The notes under the pieces are model-generated. The model was not told the DNA's origin, did not search any database, and saw nothing but the letters and a program-made list of their open reading frames with translations. A DNA stretch of 41,706 nt from Octopus sinensis (lineage: Eukaryota). The position numbers and the translations under genes were made by a program. Below, piece after piece: positions 24,441-36,466 of this stretch (positions are counted from its first letter, which is position 1; the number at the start of each line of letters is the position of its first letter). The DNA is taken from positions 1-41,706 of the forward strand of contig NW_021836804.1 in assembly GCF_006345805.1 (NCBI RefSeq), read 5' to 3'.

Positions 24441-25210
24441 TATATATATATAAAAAAGAATGGAAAAAATGGGTCAACATGTTTCCATACACCTTCTGCC
24501 TACCAAACTTGTTCACCTGGCATCGTTCGGCCCAACACTATTTCAGAAGACACCTGCCCTAGGTAACAACATTCCGTGCAACAAACTAAAATTAACAGCT
24601 GTGACACTTGGTTTTCTATCCACTGCAATCAACAGCCATGAAGTGGGACTGAACCAGTGATCCCCGGGGTGAGAAAACAAGCTTCTTAACCATACAACTA
24701 GGCCTGCACCTGTGTTTGTTTTAAGTTAATTACAAACCTAATTTTCATAACGATGTTAGTGTACTTTAATTTTAATTAAAGCAGCGATATTCTTTAGATT
24801 TGCATGAATAATTGTCGAGTTTATTTATATAACAGTTTAAATTTTATGCGATCTGCGACATTATTTTTTTTTGTTTTGTTTTATAGGTAATAATTAGTGT
24901 GTGACATTAACATGTATTTGGGTGGGTGGGAGGGGCTTGCTTTGTTGTTTGTTTGATTTAGTTGTTTGTCGGTTTTTTTTTTTATATATATTTTATTTTC
25001 TGGTTTTTAATTTCAGTTTTCAGATTTAAATGAGTTACATGCACTTTGAATGAATCAAATCATAAAATTTACTTTTTGATAAAAATTGTAAAATTAGATC
25101 TAAATGGAATCATTTCGATAAAAGAAAAGAAAAATTGGCAATTATAGAGATAAATTACAATAAATTAAATAATATATAACAAATAAATAAAATTCATAAA
25201 ATCAAAAACA

Positions 25211-25246
<36 letters not shown>

Positions 25247-25509
25247 GTAAACAACATAAAATGAATGAATCCAAGCGTGAAATGTAAATAGTTGGAAAAT
25301 TAAATTAATTTAAAAAATTAATTTACTGTTAAATTTTAGGTTTTTTATAAAATTTATTTCTTCTGTTACTAATTTGTTGGTTTTTGTTTATTTTTCTGTT
25401 TTGAATATTTAAAAAAAAAAATTTTTTTTTTTTTCCCAAATATCTCTGAAAAAATTATTCTTTTGATGTATTTATGGTGAATGCTTTTCATGGATATACT
25501 TAAGTAAAT

Positions 25510-25542
25510 GTGAGTGCAAAACACACACACACCCACACACAC

Positions 25543-25578
<36 letters not shown>

Positions 25579-25871
25579 CATACACACACACACACAAAGG
25601 CTTACACACATATATACCTGCATACCCACATGTATAATGTATAATGTATGTATGTGTATGCAATGTATGGGTGTGTGTATTATATATGTGTGTATGTGTA
25701 TATATATATATAATATATATCATATATATATATTGTATATATTATATTATATATACATATAAAATATAATAATATATATATTCTGTATATATATAAAATA
25801 TAATAAATATAATATATCTATATATATAATATTTAAATAAAATATTATATATATATTATATATATAGATAT

Positions 25872-25907
<36 letters not shown>

Positions 25908-25980
25908 ATAAATATAATATAGATATCTATATATATCTGTGTGTGTTTGTGTGTATATGAGTCGCGTGTGTATGTATGTT
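25510..25980. repeat. (CA)n and (TA)n low-complexity field
   Basis: Direct reading. Confidence 0.95.
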
Positions 25981-26454
25981 CAATACAATATAATAATAGA
26001 CAGTCAATTGTTCATGGCATCAAAGCTTTTCTATATTGTTTGTATATAAATGAGTTCAAATATAATTAAGCCTGAAATCACCTTGAGAATTAGTCTAAAG
26101 TCACAAGTATTTATGGAATACTCGGTCATGGGCAGTGTAATTTAATGAGGAGACTTTCCAGTTGATGGAACGGCTCATCATTTAACTATCGAGCATTTAG
26201 ACCAACCATATCAGACTCAGATACACTACCTGGTTTATGTCCGACACTGCCCAGATCCAGCCTCTCACACCTACCCGATAAAATTAAAAACAAAAACAAA
26301 AAAATTCACATCATTAACTCTTTACTGTTTGGATTATTCTATCAAATTTGTTGCTTATTTAGTCACATTATGTGGAATCTATCCTGCATTATCTTGTAGA
26401 CTTGATGTTTCATTATGTGTCTGTGTGTGTGTGTTTGTATATATATATATATAT

Positions 26455-26850
26455 AGGCGCAGGAGTGGCTGTGTGGTAAGTAGCTTGTTTACCAACCACA
26501 TGGTTCCGGGTTCAATCCCACCGCGTGGCACCTTTGGCAAGTGTCTTCTGCTATAGCCTCGGGCCGACCAAAGCCTTGTGAGTGGATTTGGTAGACGGAA
26601 ACTGAAAGAAGCCTGTCATATATATGTATATGTTATATATATGTATGTGGTGTTTGTCCCCTAGCATGCTTGACAACCGATGCTGGTGTGTTACGTCCCC
26701 GTTATTAGCGGTTCGGCAAAAGAGACGATAGAATAAGTACTGGGCTTACAAAAAGAATAAGTCCCAGGTCGAGTTGCTCGATTAAAGGCGGTGCTCCAGC
26801 ATGGCCACAGTCAAATGACTGAAACAAGTAAAAGAGAAAAGAGAAAGAGA
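26455..26850 (+). mobile_element. Major SINE, full length, sense
   Basis: AGGCGCAGGAGTGGCTGTGTGGTAAG head through the AAAGAG tail. Confidence 0.9.
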
Positions 26851-26861
26851 ATATATATACA

Positions 26862-27257
26862 CTTTTACTCTTTTACTTGTTTCAGTCATTCGACTGCGGC
26901 CATGCTGGAGCACTGCCTTCTTTATCGAGCAAATCGACCCCGGGACTTATTCTTTGTAAGCCCACCAGTACTTATTCTAGGTCTCTTTTACCGAACCGCT
27001 AAGTAACGGGGACATAAACACACCAGATCGGTTGTCAAGCAATGCAGGGGGACAAAACACAGGACACACAAACACACACATGCATGTATATTATATACAA
27101 CGGGCTTCTTTCAGTTCCGTTACCAAATCACTCAAAAGGCTTTGGCGGCCCGAGGCTATAGTAGAAGACACTTACCAAGGTGCCACGCAGTGGGACTGAA
27201 CCCCGAACCATGTGGTTGGTAAACAAACTACTTACCACACAGCCACTCCTGCACCTA
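26862..27257 (-). mobile_element. Major SINE, full length, antisense
   Basis: Family match, tail-to-tail with the previous copy. Confidence 0.9.
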
Positions 27258-27406
27258 TATATATAAATTTTGTACAATTCTCTTATTCTTTCATTCTTTC
27301 TTTCTATCAGCCCCTTCACACTTACTTCGTTCTTCTCGCTCTTCTTTCTTTCATCCTCCTCTCTCACATTTCCTGGCTTTCTCTTCATTATCGAGTTTAT
27401 TTATAT

Positions 27407-27564
27407 AGGAGTGGTTGTGTGGTAAGTAGCTTGCATACGAACTACATGATTCCGAGTTCAGTCCTACTGCGTGGCACCTTGGGCAAGTGTTTTCTACTGT
27501 AGCCTCGGGTCGCCCAAAGCTTTGTGAGTGGATTTGGTAGACGGAAACTGAAAGAAGCCCGTCG

Positions 27565-27615
<51 letters not shown>

Positions 27616-27845
27616 GTGTGTGTATATGTTTGTGTGTCTGAGTTTGTCCCCCCAACATCGCTTGACAACTGATGCTGGTGTGTTTACGTCCCCGTAACTT
27701 AGCGCTTTGGCAAAAGAGACCGATAGAATAAGTACTAGGCTTACAAACAATAAGTCCTGGGGGTGGGGTCAATGTTCTCGACTAAAGGTGGTGCTCCGGC
27801 ATGGCCACAGTCAAATGACCGAAACAAGTGAATGAGTAAATAAGG
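27407..27845 (+). mobile_element. Major SINE, full length, sense, just upstream of the first shared exon
   Basis: Family match. Confidence 0.9.
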
Positions 27846-27915
27846 AATACATTTGACAGAGTGATCTGAATGCTAAAGGGTCTCACGTTATCTTCTTACA
27901 AATCTTTTTTAACAG

Positions 27916-28133
27916 AAGGGGCCAAGTGAACAGACCAGAGGACCACAGACATGAATTTGAAATCACTAAGCTATGGGATGGAACTCCCCTTAAAAAAGAA
28001 GACACAGTAAAGTTATCTATTGAGGGAATTGACAGATGGCTAAGACTCGAAGTTGAGGCTCCTTTCTACAAGGATCCAGCTCCCCCAGGTGGAAAATACG
28101 GAGAAGCATGTCCTGAACTGTATAACTATGAAG
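27916..28133 (+). CDS. C4orf33: UPF0462 protein C4orf33 homologue, first shared coding exon
   Basis: TTTTTTAACAG| acceptor and AAG|GTGAGT donor. HEFEITKLWDG..EAPFYKDPAPPGGKYGEACPELYNYE aligns by eye with human [36 protein letters not shown] (recalled). Confidence 0.93.
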
Positions 28134-28199
28134 GTGAGTATTTGGCACTTATTAACCTTTCCTTCTTGGATTTCTTTGTTTTAATTTTTTTTCTTGTAT

Positions 28200-28399
28200 T
28201 TGCTTGTCATTAGACTGTGGCCATGCTGGAGCTGCCACCTTGAAGAATTTTAGTCAAACAACTTGACCCCAGGACCTATTTCTCTTAAGCCTGCTACTTA
28301 TTCTATCAAATTTTTTTGATGAACTGCTAAGTTACATAGACAATGCCAGTTGTCAAGCAGTGATAGGAGCAAATCTAATCACACACACGCACACACAAA

Positions 28400-28443
<44 letters not shown>

Positions 28444-28940
28444 ACACACACACACTGTGTATGTTTCCATTTACCAAATCCACTCACAAGACTTACCCAA
28501 ACCCAGGGCTATAGTAGAAGAAACTTACCCAAGGTGCCATGCAGTGGGACTGAACCCAGAATTTTGTGGTTCGGAAGCAAACATCCTACCACACACCCAA
28601 GCTGGCATCTGTTTTCCTTTGCTTTTTTCTTTTCTTCAAATGCTGCTGTGGTTAAATTATTCTTTCATACTTTTGAAATGAAGTTGAGATAATAAATACC
28701 AGTCGTGTCCTGGGGTTAAGGCGCTGATTTGGATCAATATTGTTCCTTTCCTCAAATTTATGACCTAGTTGGCCTCCACCTGTTTGGCAAGTTGGGGCAC
28801 CCTCATACTACAACAGCAGTGACCAGGGTTAGCTTGGTACTTATTCTATCAGTCTCTTTTGCCAAATTGCTAAGTTACGGAGATGTAAACACACCAGTAT
28901 TGGTTGCCAAGCAACTGCAGTAGGGAACAAACACACACAC

Positions 28941-28980
<40 letters not shown>

Positions 28981-29149
28981 GATGGGCTTCTTTCAGTTTC
29001 CGCCTCCCAAATCCATTTACAAGACTTTGGTCAGCCCAAGGCTATAGTAGAAGACACTTGCCCAAGGTGCCACACAGTAGGACTGAACCCAGAACCATGT
29101 GGTTTGGAAGCAAGCTTGTTATTACTACACAGCTATGCCTGCACCTATA

Positions 29150-29150
<1 letters not shown>
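28200..29150 (-). mobile_element. Two diverged major SINE copies (28200-28610, 28840-29150)
   Basis: Family match, reverse. Confidence 0.8.
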
Positions 29151-29187
<37 letters not shown>

Positions 29188-29725
29188 GTATGTATGTATG
29201 TGTGTGTGTGTGTGTATATATGTATATGTATATCTGTGTGTTTGTCTCTCACCACTACTTGCCAAACAGAGTTGGTTTGTTTACGTCTCTATTACTTAAT
29301 GCTTTGGCAAAAAAGCTAATTGACTAAACGCCAGGCTTGAAATGAAAAATGAGTAGTGTGGGTTGATTTGCTCAACTAAAAACCTTACAAGGTGATGCCC
29401 CAGCATGGCCACAGTTCTGTGACTGAAACAAGTACAAGATGGAAAAAGATATCCCAGAATGATGCAAATTAAGATGAAGCTTTCAAAATATAAAAGTCAT
29501 AATTAGCAACACTGAAAATTGACATATCACACGAATTAAAGATTTATTTTAATTAGACGAGTAATATGTGAAAATTTGGAAGTATACAAATGATGTGAAA
29601 TAAAATAACAGAATATATTAAAAAAATGTAATGCAATGGAAGGAATATTAATCAAAGCAGAGAAGAATTAACAGATGTATAATAATGTGGATATATGAAT
29701 GTGGTTTTTCTTTGAGTTTAATTTA

Positions 29726-30235
29726 CTGTAAATCCTCGAGTATAGTCCACCCTTGAGTATAATACTCAGGGGATCTTTAGGAGGTTGTACCTCTGAAAAA
29801 CCTAAACCTTGTGTATAATACGCACCCCTTCTCTAACTTGAGTCAAGGAGATCTATATAACGTCCTTGGTTTGTAAAAATGTATACAGTAATGTCCTTTA
29901 TTATTATTGTATATATAACATAATGCAAACGTGTAGATTTTTTGTGCATTTTGTTTGCAGAAAATAAAGAAATAACAGTAAAACGTTTAATAATGTTGCT
30001 TACTGCAAGTTATGGATTTCTTTTATGACTTCATTGCTTTCAGGCTTAGCTTAAGGTATTTTCGCGCCCGACATCACAAAATGTGTCTGAATAAACATTG
30101 CCGGACAGCAAATAAAGACTCGGACATTGCTTAGAAAATAATTTTCATTTTTAACCTCGTATATAATACGCACTAGGGATTTTGACCTTTAATTTTTTGG
30201 GGGAAAATGCGGATTATATTCGAGGAGTATAAGTG
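29726..30235. mobile_element. Tc1/pogo-like MITE remnant
   Basis: TA|CTGTAAATCCTCGAGTATAGTCC at the left and GGATTATATTCGAGGAGTATAAG at the right are imperfect inverted repeats. TATAATACGCAC is repeated internally. Confidence 0.6.
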
Positions 30236-31498
30236 TTTTTTGAGAGAGTTCAAGCTGGTTGCTAACAAAAGGAGATTTCTTGAGTTTAGAGAGTTCCTGG
30301 TTTTTGTAAGTATGTCATTGTGTTGGTGTGTTGGTTGAGCTATCGATCCATACACACAAGTGTGTATATTATATGCACACCCTCGTATGTATGTATGTCA
30401 TTGTTCCGTTTTATTTCAAGATTTTCATGCCAACAGAGAAAGAGCCAGTTTCTAACCAAGATCCAAGGCTTTTTCATCAGGGTTGGACCGAGGAGGGGGC
30501 CTGAGGGACATATACCTTCTTCAAGAAAAGAAGTGTGCCCTTATTACTTGTAATTTGATTTAATAGCTGTGCCCTTCTGATCTAGTGCCCTTCCTTCAAA
30601 AAATTCCTGAGACCACCTGTTCATTGGAATTTCAACAAAATCAGCGGGGTATTTTTATATGTATATGTGCAGATTTGTATGCATGCATGCATGTATGTAT
30701 GTATTTATGTATAGGGGAGTGTGTATGTTTGTATCTCTTTGTGGGATTTTTACAAACGAACGTGTGAATGACTTCTCTCCTTCTCATTACATTTGTACTT
30801 TTACTCTAAACTATAAACAAACTCTTTTCATCTCCACCCAAAGTCATTTACAATAAAAAAAACAAAAAATATTTTTTATTAAGGGGAGACAACTTTTGTT
30901 GACTTGACAGAAATATCCAGCATTTGGCTCAAATTTTAGCTGTTTCCCATTTTTAGTTTCTTGGTATTCCCTGCATAACAGTGCTTTTTTAAATTTTTTC
31001 GGAAATTTGTATCTGGTTTCAATTTCACCTTGGTCCATTGTTACACTATGCGCAGCCAATGTGTCAGTCTACATTTATTTAAAATGTATAAGAAAATGTT
31101 TGAAGATTTCAAGTTCGTATCAAACTTTGTCTCCTGTTAATTATATCTCCAGGTAGAGCCAGGATCTGGAGTTTTTAGCTGCACATGAATGCCATTAGCT
31201 CCCCTGGTTATTGTAGGTCTTTACTTTCGTAACAATATTCCATTTTATCGTAAGGTGGGTTGCTTCTCTTGGCTTTTAGGACCCCAATACACTTCAAAAG
31301 GGCTGTAGTGTTTCATTTAGTTCTGGGACTTAAATTAATGGATCTGCATATGTGTATATGTATTTATATTATATAGAGGGCACTGTTACACATAGATGCC
31401 ACGTGCTAGGAGGGACTCTTAAAGTCAAAACTACTAAAATAAATAAACACATCGCACCGATACAGACACACACATGCATATATATATACACTCACATA

Positions 31499-31660
31499 CA
31501 GGGTGTTCAAAAGTCTCTCCACAGTGATTTATTTTCATCCTGCACATCACCATGGGGCCACTTCAAGAGTTTTTCAGTGAACAATATTTCGAAGGGACTT
31601 TGGCCACCAAGATCACCTCATTTAACACTGCCAGACTTTTTTTTCTGAGGAGCTAGTAGT
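31499..31660 (+). mobile_element. Tc1/mariner remnant
   Basis: TA|CAGGGTGTTCAAAA terminus followed by GLWPPRSPHLTLPDFFF, matching the WPPRSPDL..DFFLWG transposase motif. Confidence 0.75.
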
Positions 31661-31709
31661 GGATCAATATATCTATATCTATCTATCTATCTATCTAACA
31701 ATCTATCTA

Positions 31710-31747
<38 letters not shown>

Positions 31748-31930
31748 TAGTTGAATGAATTTTCTTAGTATGGATAATTCGGTTAACCGATACCTGGGTA
31801 GCAAATTCACCTCAGAAAAACACGGTTGAAGCTACATGCCAAGGGCAGAGATCACGTGCTTTCGTGTGGAAATTTGTGTGTTTTTTTTTTAAATCGTCGT
31901 TCAACTCCATTCTTTCATACATATATATAA

Positions 31931-31992
<62 letters not shown>

Positions 31993-32009
31993 ATATATAT
32001 ACCCAAGTA

Positions 32010-32250
32010 AGCACATAAATGTGAAACAAGGTAGGGAAAAATAGTACTCAAATACTGGAGGTAGATTAATATGCTTTATTAATAAAGGTGCAAAAACATC
32101 ACAGAAATATCACAAAAATCTACAACTCAGAGTTTCACATTCCTGTTCATCAGGCAGTTGTGATCAGAACTGCCTGATGAACTGTGATGTGAAACTCTGA
32201 GTAGTAGTTTTTTGTGATATTTCTGTGATGTTTTTGCACCTTTATTAATA
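32010..32250. mobile_element. Penelope-like pseudo-LTR foldback (arms 32077-32159 and 32168-32250)
   Basis: Near-perfect palindrome centred on TGATCA with a hammerhead core in each arm. A related 5' flank recurs at ~41480-41590. Confidence 0.75.
32168..32209 (+). ncRNA. Minimal type I hammerhead ribozyme
   Basis: AACTGC-CTGATGA-AC(TGTGAT)GT-GAAA-CTC(T)GAG-TA|GTAGTT. Stem I is 6 bp with one GU, the core is intact, stem III is palindromic, and the GUA cleavage triplet ends at 32203. Confidence 0.75.
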
Positions 32251-32345
32251 GAGTATATGTGAGTGTGTGTGTCTGTGTGTGTATATATATGTATGCATGT
32301 ATATTCTGTTACGTTTTATATTTTTAAATATATTGTTTTTGCCAG

Positions 32346-32403
32346 TTGTTGAGGCCTTCTTTCTGAATGACTCAAACCAGTACTTGGAAGTGGAGTTGGC
32401 ACC
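32346..32403 (+). CDS. C4orf33: UPF0462 / C4orf33 homologue exon (VVEAFFLNDSNQYLEVELA|P)
   Basis: GCCAG| acceptor, CC|GTAAGT donor, phases 1 to 2. Matches human VVEAFFLNDITEQYLEVELCP. Confidence 0.95.
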
Positions 32404-32419
32404 GTAAGTAGGATCCGCC

Positions 32420-32922
32420 TATCTCTCGTCATCACCATCAACATTGTTGTTCTCATTGTTGTTATCATCATCATCACCATCATCGTCACCATCAACGTTG
32501 TTGTTATCATTATCATCACCATCATCATCACAATCACCATCATCATCACCATCATCATCACCATCATTATCACCATCATCATCATTATCACCATCATCAC
32601 CATCATCATCGTCACCATCAACGTTGTTGTTCTCATTGTTGCTATCATGATCATCACCATCATTTAATGTTTGTCTTCCATGCTGGACTGGGTGAGTTTA
32701 TCTCTGTATTGTCCCCTCATCCTTGATACTTGTGGCAAATAAATGAAATCATTATTATTATTATTATTATTATTATTGTTGTTATTATTATTATTAATAT
32801 TTTTATTATTATCATTATTATTATTATTATTATCATTATTATTATTATTGTTGTTGTTATTATCATTATTACAATTATTATTATTATTATTAATATTTTT
32901 ATTATTATTATTATTAATATTT

Positions 32923-32953
<31 letters not shown>

Positions 32954-33020
32954 TATAATTATTATTATCATCATTATTATTATTATCATCATCATCATCA
33001 TTATTATTATTATTATTATT

Positions 33021-33061
<41 letters not shown>

Positions 33062-33169
33062 TATTATTATTATTGTTATTATTATTATTATTAATACTTT
33101 AATTTTTATTATTATTATTATTATTAATGTCGTCGTCGTCGTCATCATCATCATCATCATTATCATTAG

Positions 33170-33195
<26 letters not shown>
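32420..33195. repeat. (CAT/CAC)n and (ATT)n microsatellite fields
   Basis: Direct reading. Confidence 0.96.
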
Positions 33196-33200
<5 letters not shown>

Positions 33201-33219
33201 CAATTCTCTTACAATTCAG

Positions 33220-33271
33220 ACGTGGAGAACATCTCTTGTTGATGCTGAACGGACGCAGAAATGCTGTTGTG
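33220..33271 (+). CDS. C4orf33: UPF0462 / C4orf33 homologue exon (RGEHLLLMLNGRRNAVV)
   Basis: TTCAG| acceptor, GTG|GTAAAT donor, phases 2 to 0. Matches human HGQHLVLLLSGRRNVWK. Confidence 0.93.
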
Positions 33272-33457
33272 GTAAATTTGTTATTGTGATTTTATAATAA
33301 TGTAATTAGGCAGGGGTTTCCTAACCATTGGGCCACAGACCGGTACCAACCAGCCGTGGTTAATTTGGTGCCAGGCCATTGAGAAAGAAAAAACAATTTA
33401 ATGTTTGATCTGTTTTATTGATTAGCACAGTCTGCAGGAAGTTTTTGCAGTATATAT

Positions 33458-33890
33458 TCATCGTCGTCATCATCATTGTCGATTAACGTCCACTTTCCAT
33501 GCTGGCATGGGTTGGACGGTTTGACTGAGGACTGGCAAGCTGGAAGGCTGCACCAGGCTCCAGTTTGATCTGGCAAAGTTTCTATAGCTGGATGCCCTGC
33601 CTAATGCCAACCACTCCAAGAGTATAGCAGGTGCATTTTACATGCCACTGACACAAGGGCCAGTCAGGTGGTATTGGTAATGATCATATTCGAATGTTGC
33701 TTTTTACATGCCACTGGCATGGGGAGGTGGCAATAAGGTGGCACTGGCAATGACCACACTTGAATGGTACCTTTTATGTGCCACTGGCACAGGACCAGTC
33801 AGCTGGTACTGGCAATGACTATGCTCGAATGGTACTTGTTACATGCCACCAGCACGGAACCAGTCAGCCAGCACTGGCATGTACTACATA
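33458..33890 (-). mobile_element. RTE-tailed interspersed element with ~60-bp internal subrepeats
   Basis: Plus strand begins (CAT)n..TTCCATGCTGGCATGGGTTGGACGGTT, i.e. a stem-loop plus (ATG)n tail on the minus strand. Same family as 34912-35565. Confidence 0.65.
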
Positions 33891-33949
33891 TGCAAAATAT
33901 ATGTAATAATTAAATTATATATTATGCACTTTTGTTTATCAAATATACA

Positions 33950-34350
33950 ACAAACTTCTTAAAGTATCAGCCACTATCACAGAAAGAACAATTGCTTTGC
34001 TGAACATTGTTGGAGAAATAAAGAAGTGCTGATTAGTGGATTTTTCTACAATCACAAATTAAGGAGGCCCTCTTCAAGTTCTTCATAAACCACAATCTTT
34101 CTAGTTCTCTTCAAAATAGCAGTAAAGTAGCCAACTTCTTGAATGTGAATCTTGACTTAGGATCTAGCCTCTGCTACCCTTATCATAAGTCCAAAGAGTC
34201 CTTACAATGCATCTACATTCATTCTAATCATTCTAAATCTACTTAAGATAACATGATAAAAGGAATTTCCATTTGGATTTCTAACACAGCTGCCACTGAA
34301 GATAACTTTGATAATTATGCCCCTTACTATATCCAGGCCTATTGCACTCT
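33950..34350 (+). mobile_element. Penelope-like reverse transcriptase remnant
   Basis: KVANFLNVNLDLGSSLCYPYHK..IYIHSNH..IKGISIWISN..FDNYAPYY matches the PLE RT thumb pattern (NFLDV.LDL..Y.PY.K..SNHP..APYY). Confidence 0.7.
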
Positions 34351-34449
34351 TATATCCCCAATACTAAATTGAAAATCAAACTAGAACTTCTAACACTGTA
34401 GCAATAGTGAACTTTCCAAAACTAAAACCCTATCCCTTGACCCACTAAT

Positions 34450-34700
34450 AATCAGTTGTCAAGTGATGTTGTGGGGGACAAACACAGACACACAAAAATA
34501 TACACACACACATACATATATATATATATACAAATATACAACAGGCTTCTTTCAGTTTCCGTCTACCAAATCCATTCACAAGGCTTTGGTCGGCCTGAGG
34601 CTATAGTAGAAGACACTTGCCCAAGGTGCCACGCAGTGGGACTGAACCCGGAACCATGTGGTTGGCAAGCAAGCTACTTATCACTCAGCCTCTCCTACGC
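34450..34700 (-). mobile_element. Major SINE, 5' half
   Basis: Family match. Confidence 0.85.
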
Positions 34701-34701
34701 C

Positions 34702-34769
<68 letters not shown>

Positions 34770-35076
34770 ATATATATATATATATATATATCATGGTGAA
34801 GTAACTCACTGAGGTGAGATATTTCATCATCATCATCATCATTTATACTTTTGCATATATATGCATATTTACATGTGTGTATGTATATATATTTATGAAT
34901 AAACATATATATCATCATCATCATCATTGTTTAGCATCCTCTTTCCATGCTAGCATGGGTTGGACGGTTCAACTTGGGTCTGGGAAGCTGGAAGGCTGCA
35001 CCAGGCCCAGTCTGATCTGGCAATGTTTCTACGGCTGGATGCCCTTCCTAACGCCGACCACTCCGTGAGTGTAGTG

Positions 35077-35565
35077 GGTGCTTTTTACGTGCCACCGGCA
35101 CAGGTGTCTGACGTGGCTGGCAGACGGCCACGGTCGGATGGTGCTTTTTACGTGCCACCGGCACAGGTGCCAGACGAGGCTGGCAACGGCCACGAACGGA
35201 TGTTGCTTTTTACGTGCCACCGGCACAGTTGCCAGACGAGGCTGGCAAACGGCCACGATCGGATGGTGCTTTTTACGTGCCACTAGCACAGGTGCCAGAT
35301 GAGGCTGGCAAATGGCCACGATCAGATGGTGCTTTTTTCATGCCACCGGCACAGGTGCCAGACGAGGCTGGCAAACGGCCACGATCGGATGGTGCTTTTT
35401 ACGTGCCACCAGCACAGGTGCCAGACGAGGCTGGCAAATGGCCATGATCAGATGGTGCTTTTTACTTGCCACCGACACAGGTGCCTGACGAGGCTGGCAA
35501 ACGGCCACGATCGGATGGTGCTTTTTACGTGCCACCGGCACGGGGGCCAGGCGAGGCTGGCAAAT
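35077..35565. repeat. 63-bp minisatellite, about 8 units, within an RTE-tailed element starting at 34912
   Basis: GGTGCTTTTTACGTGCCACC recurs at 35077, 35140, 35202, 35265, 35328, 35391, 35454 and 35517. Confidence 0.95.
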
Positions 35566-35645
35566 TCATAAATATATATATATACACACACAAAAACATA
35601 CACACACACACGTATATGTGTATATAATTTTTTGAATATTTGCAG

Positions 35646-35836
35646 CAACAACTTCCAATGTACAACATAGCAGAAATCAAAGATGGTTTTTGGAGAGGAA
35701 TAGCATATATTGACAATGAATATCTACCACGGAATATTACCAAATTTAATGCTTTTGCAATCCATGGAACCAAAGACTCTCGAACCTACAGTGCATTGTT
35801 TCCAGCTTCGAAGGGAGAATTTGACTTTCCAGATTT
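35646..35836 (+). CDS. C4orf33: UPF0462 / C4orf33 homologue exon (QQLPMYN..RNITKFNAFAIHGTKDSRTYSALFP..FPD|F)
   Basis: TTTGCAG| acceptor, TT|GTAAGT donor, phases 0 to 2. Matches human [25 protein letters not shown]. Confidence 0.95.
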
Positions 35837-35867
35837 GTAAGTAATCCAGATTAATATATCACTTATT

Positions 35868-35921
<54 letters not shown>

Positions 35922-36466
35922 GAGTGAGAGAGCAGTGCATACCATCAAAGTGACACTGGGGTAAAATATACAAAGCCCAGTATACTCATCATGACTACCC
36001 ATCTGATAAGGGTACACCAGGCACATGCATCACAACCATATGTGTGCAACATGGTGATTTCATATCAAGAGAAACAGCACATGACCTTGCAGGTGGGGCC
36101 CAGTTAAAATTTTTCTTCTGATCGAGTAACCCATCCCGCTTAAAAGTTCCCTGAATGAGGGTTGTTTAAGGATGTTGAACGAAACACCCATGTTTCCAGA
36201 GGTGAATTATTCAAACCCCAAAGAATCCCTCTCAACACATAGCTATGATGCTCCCCTACTACTTCTGCTCGTGATCAGAGATGCACATATCGTCAGCCAC
36301 TAAGGGACATGGTCAACTGGTTAAAGTCAAGCAAATCTGTGGTATTGAGCAGAATATTTGCTGTAGCCCATCTTTTATACGAAGACAAAACAATGTACAT
36401 GATAACACTTCCAATCAGTTAACATCAGAAACCACAAGAGCCACTGCCTGGTACTGCATCAGGGTA
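35922..36466 (-). mobile_element. ~545-bp interspersed element embedded in a (TTA)n array
   Basis: Complex sequence flanked directly by (TTA)n on both sides. Orientation and class are inferred. Confidence 0.5.

Noticed and set aside
35077-35565. CRISPR-like array
   Set aside because: Units are contiguous tandem repeats without unique spacers, the context is eukaryotic, and there are no cas genes.
35029-35571. Repetitive protein ORFs on both strands
   Set aside because: A consequence of the 63-bp (21-codon) unit; they lie in an intron within a retroposon.
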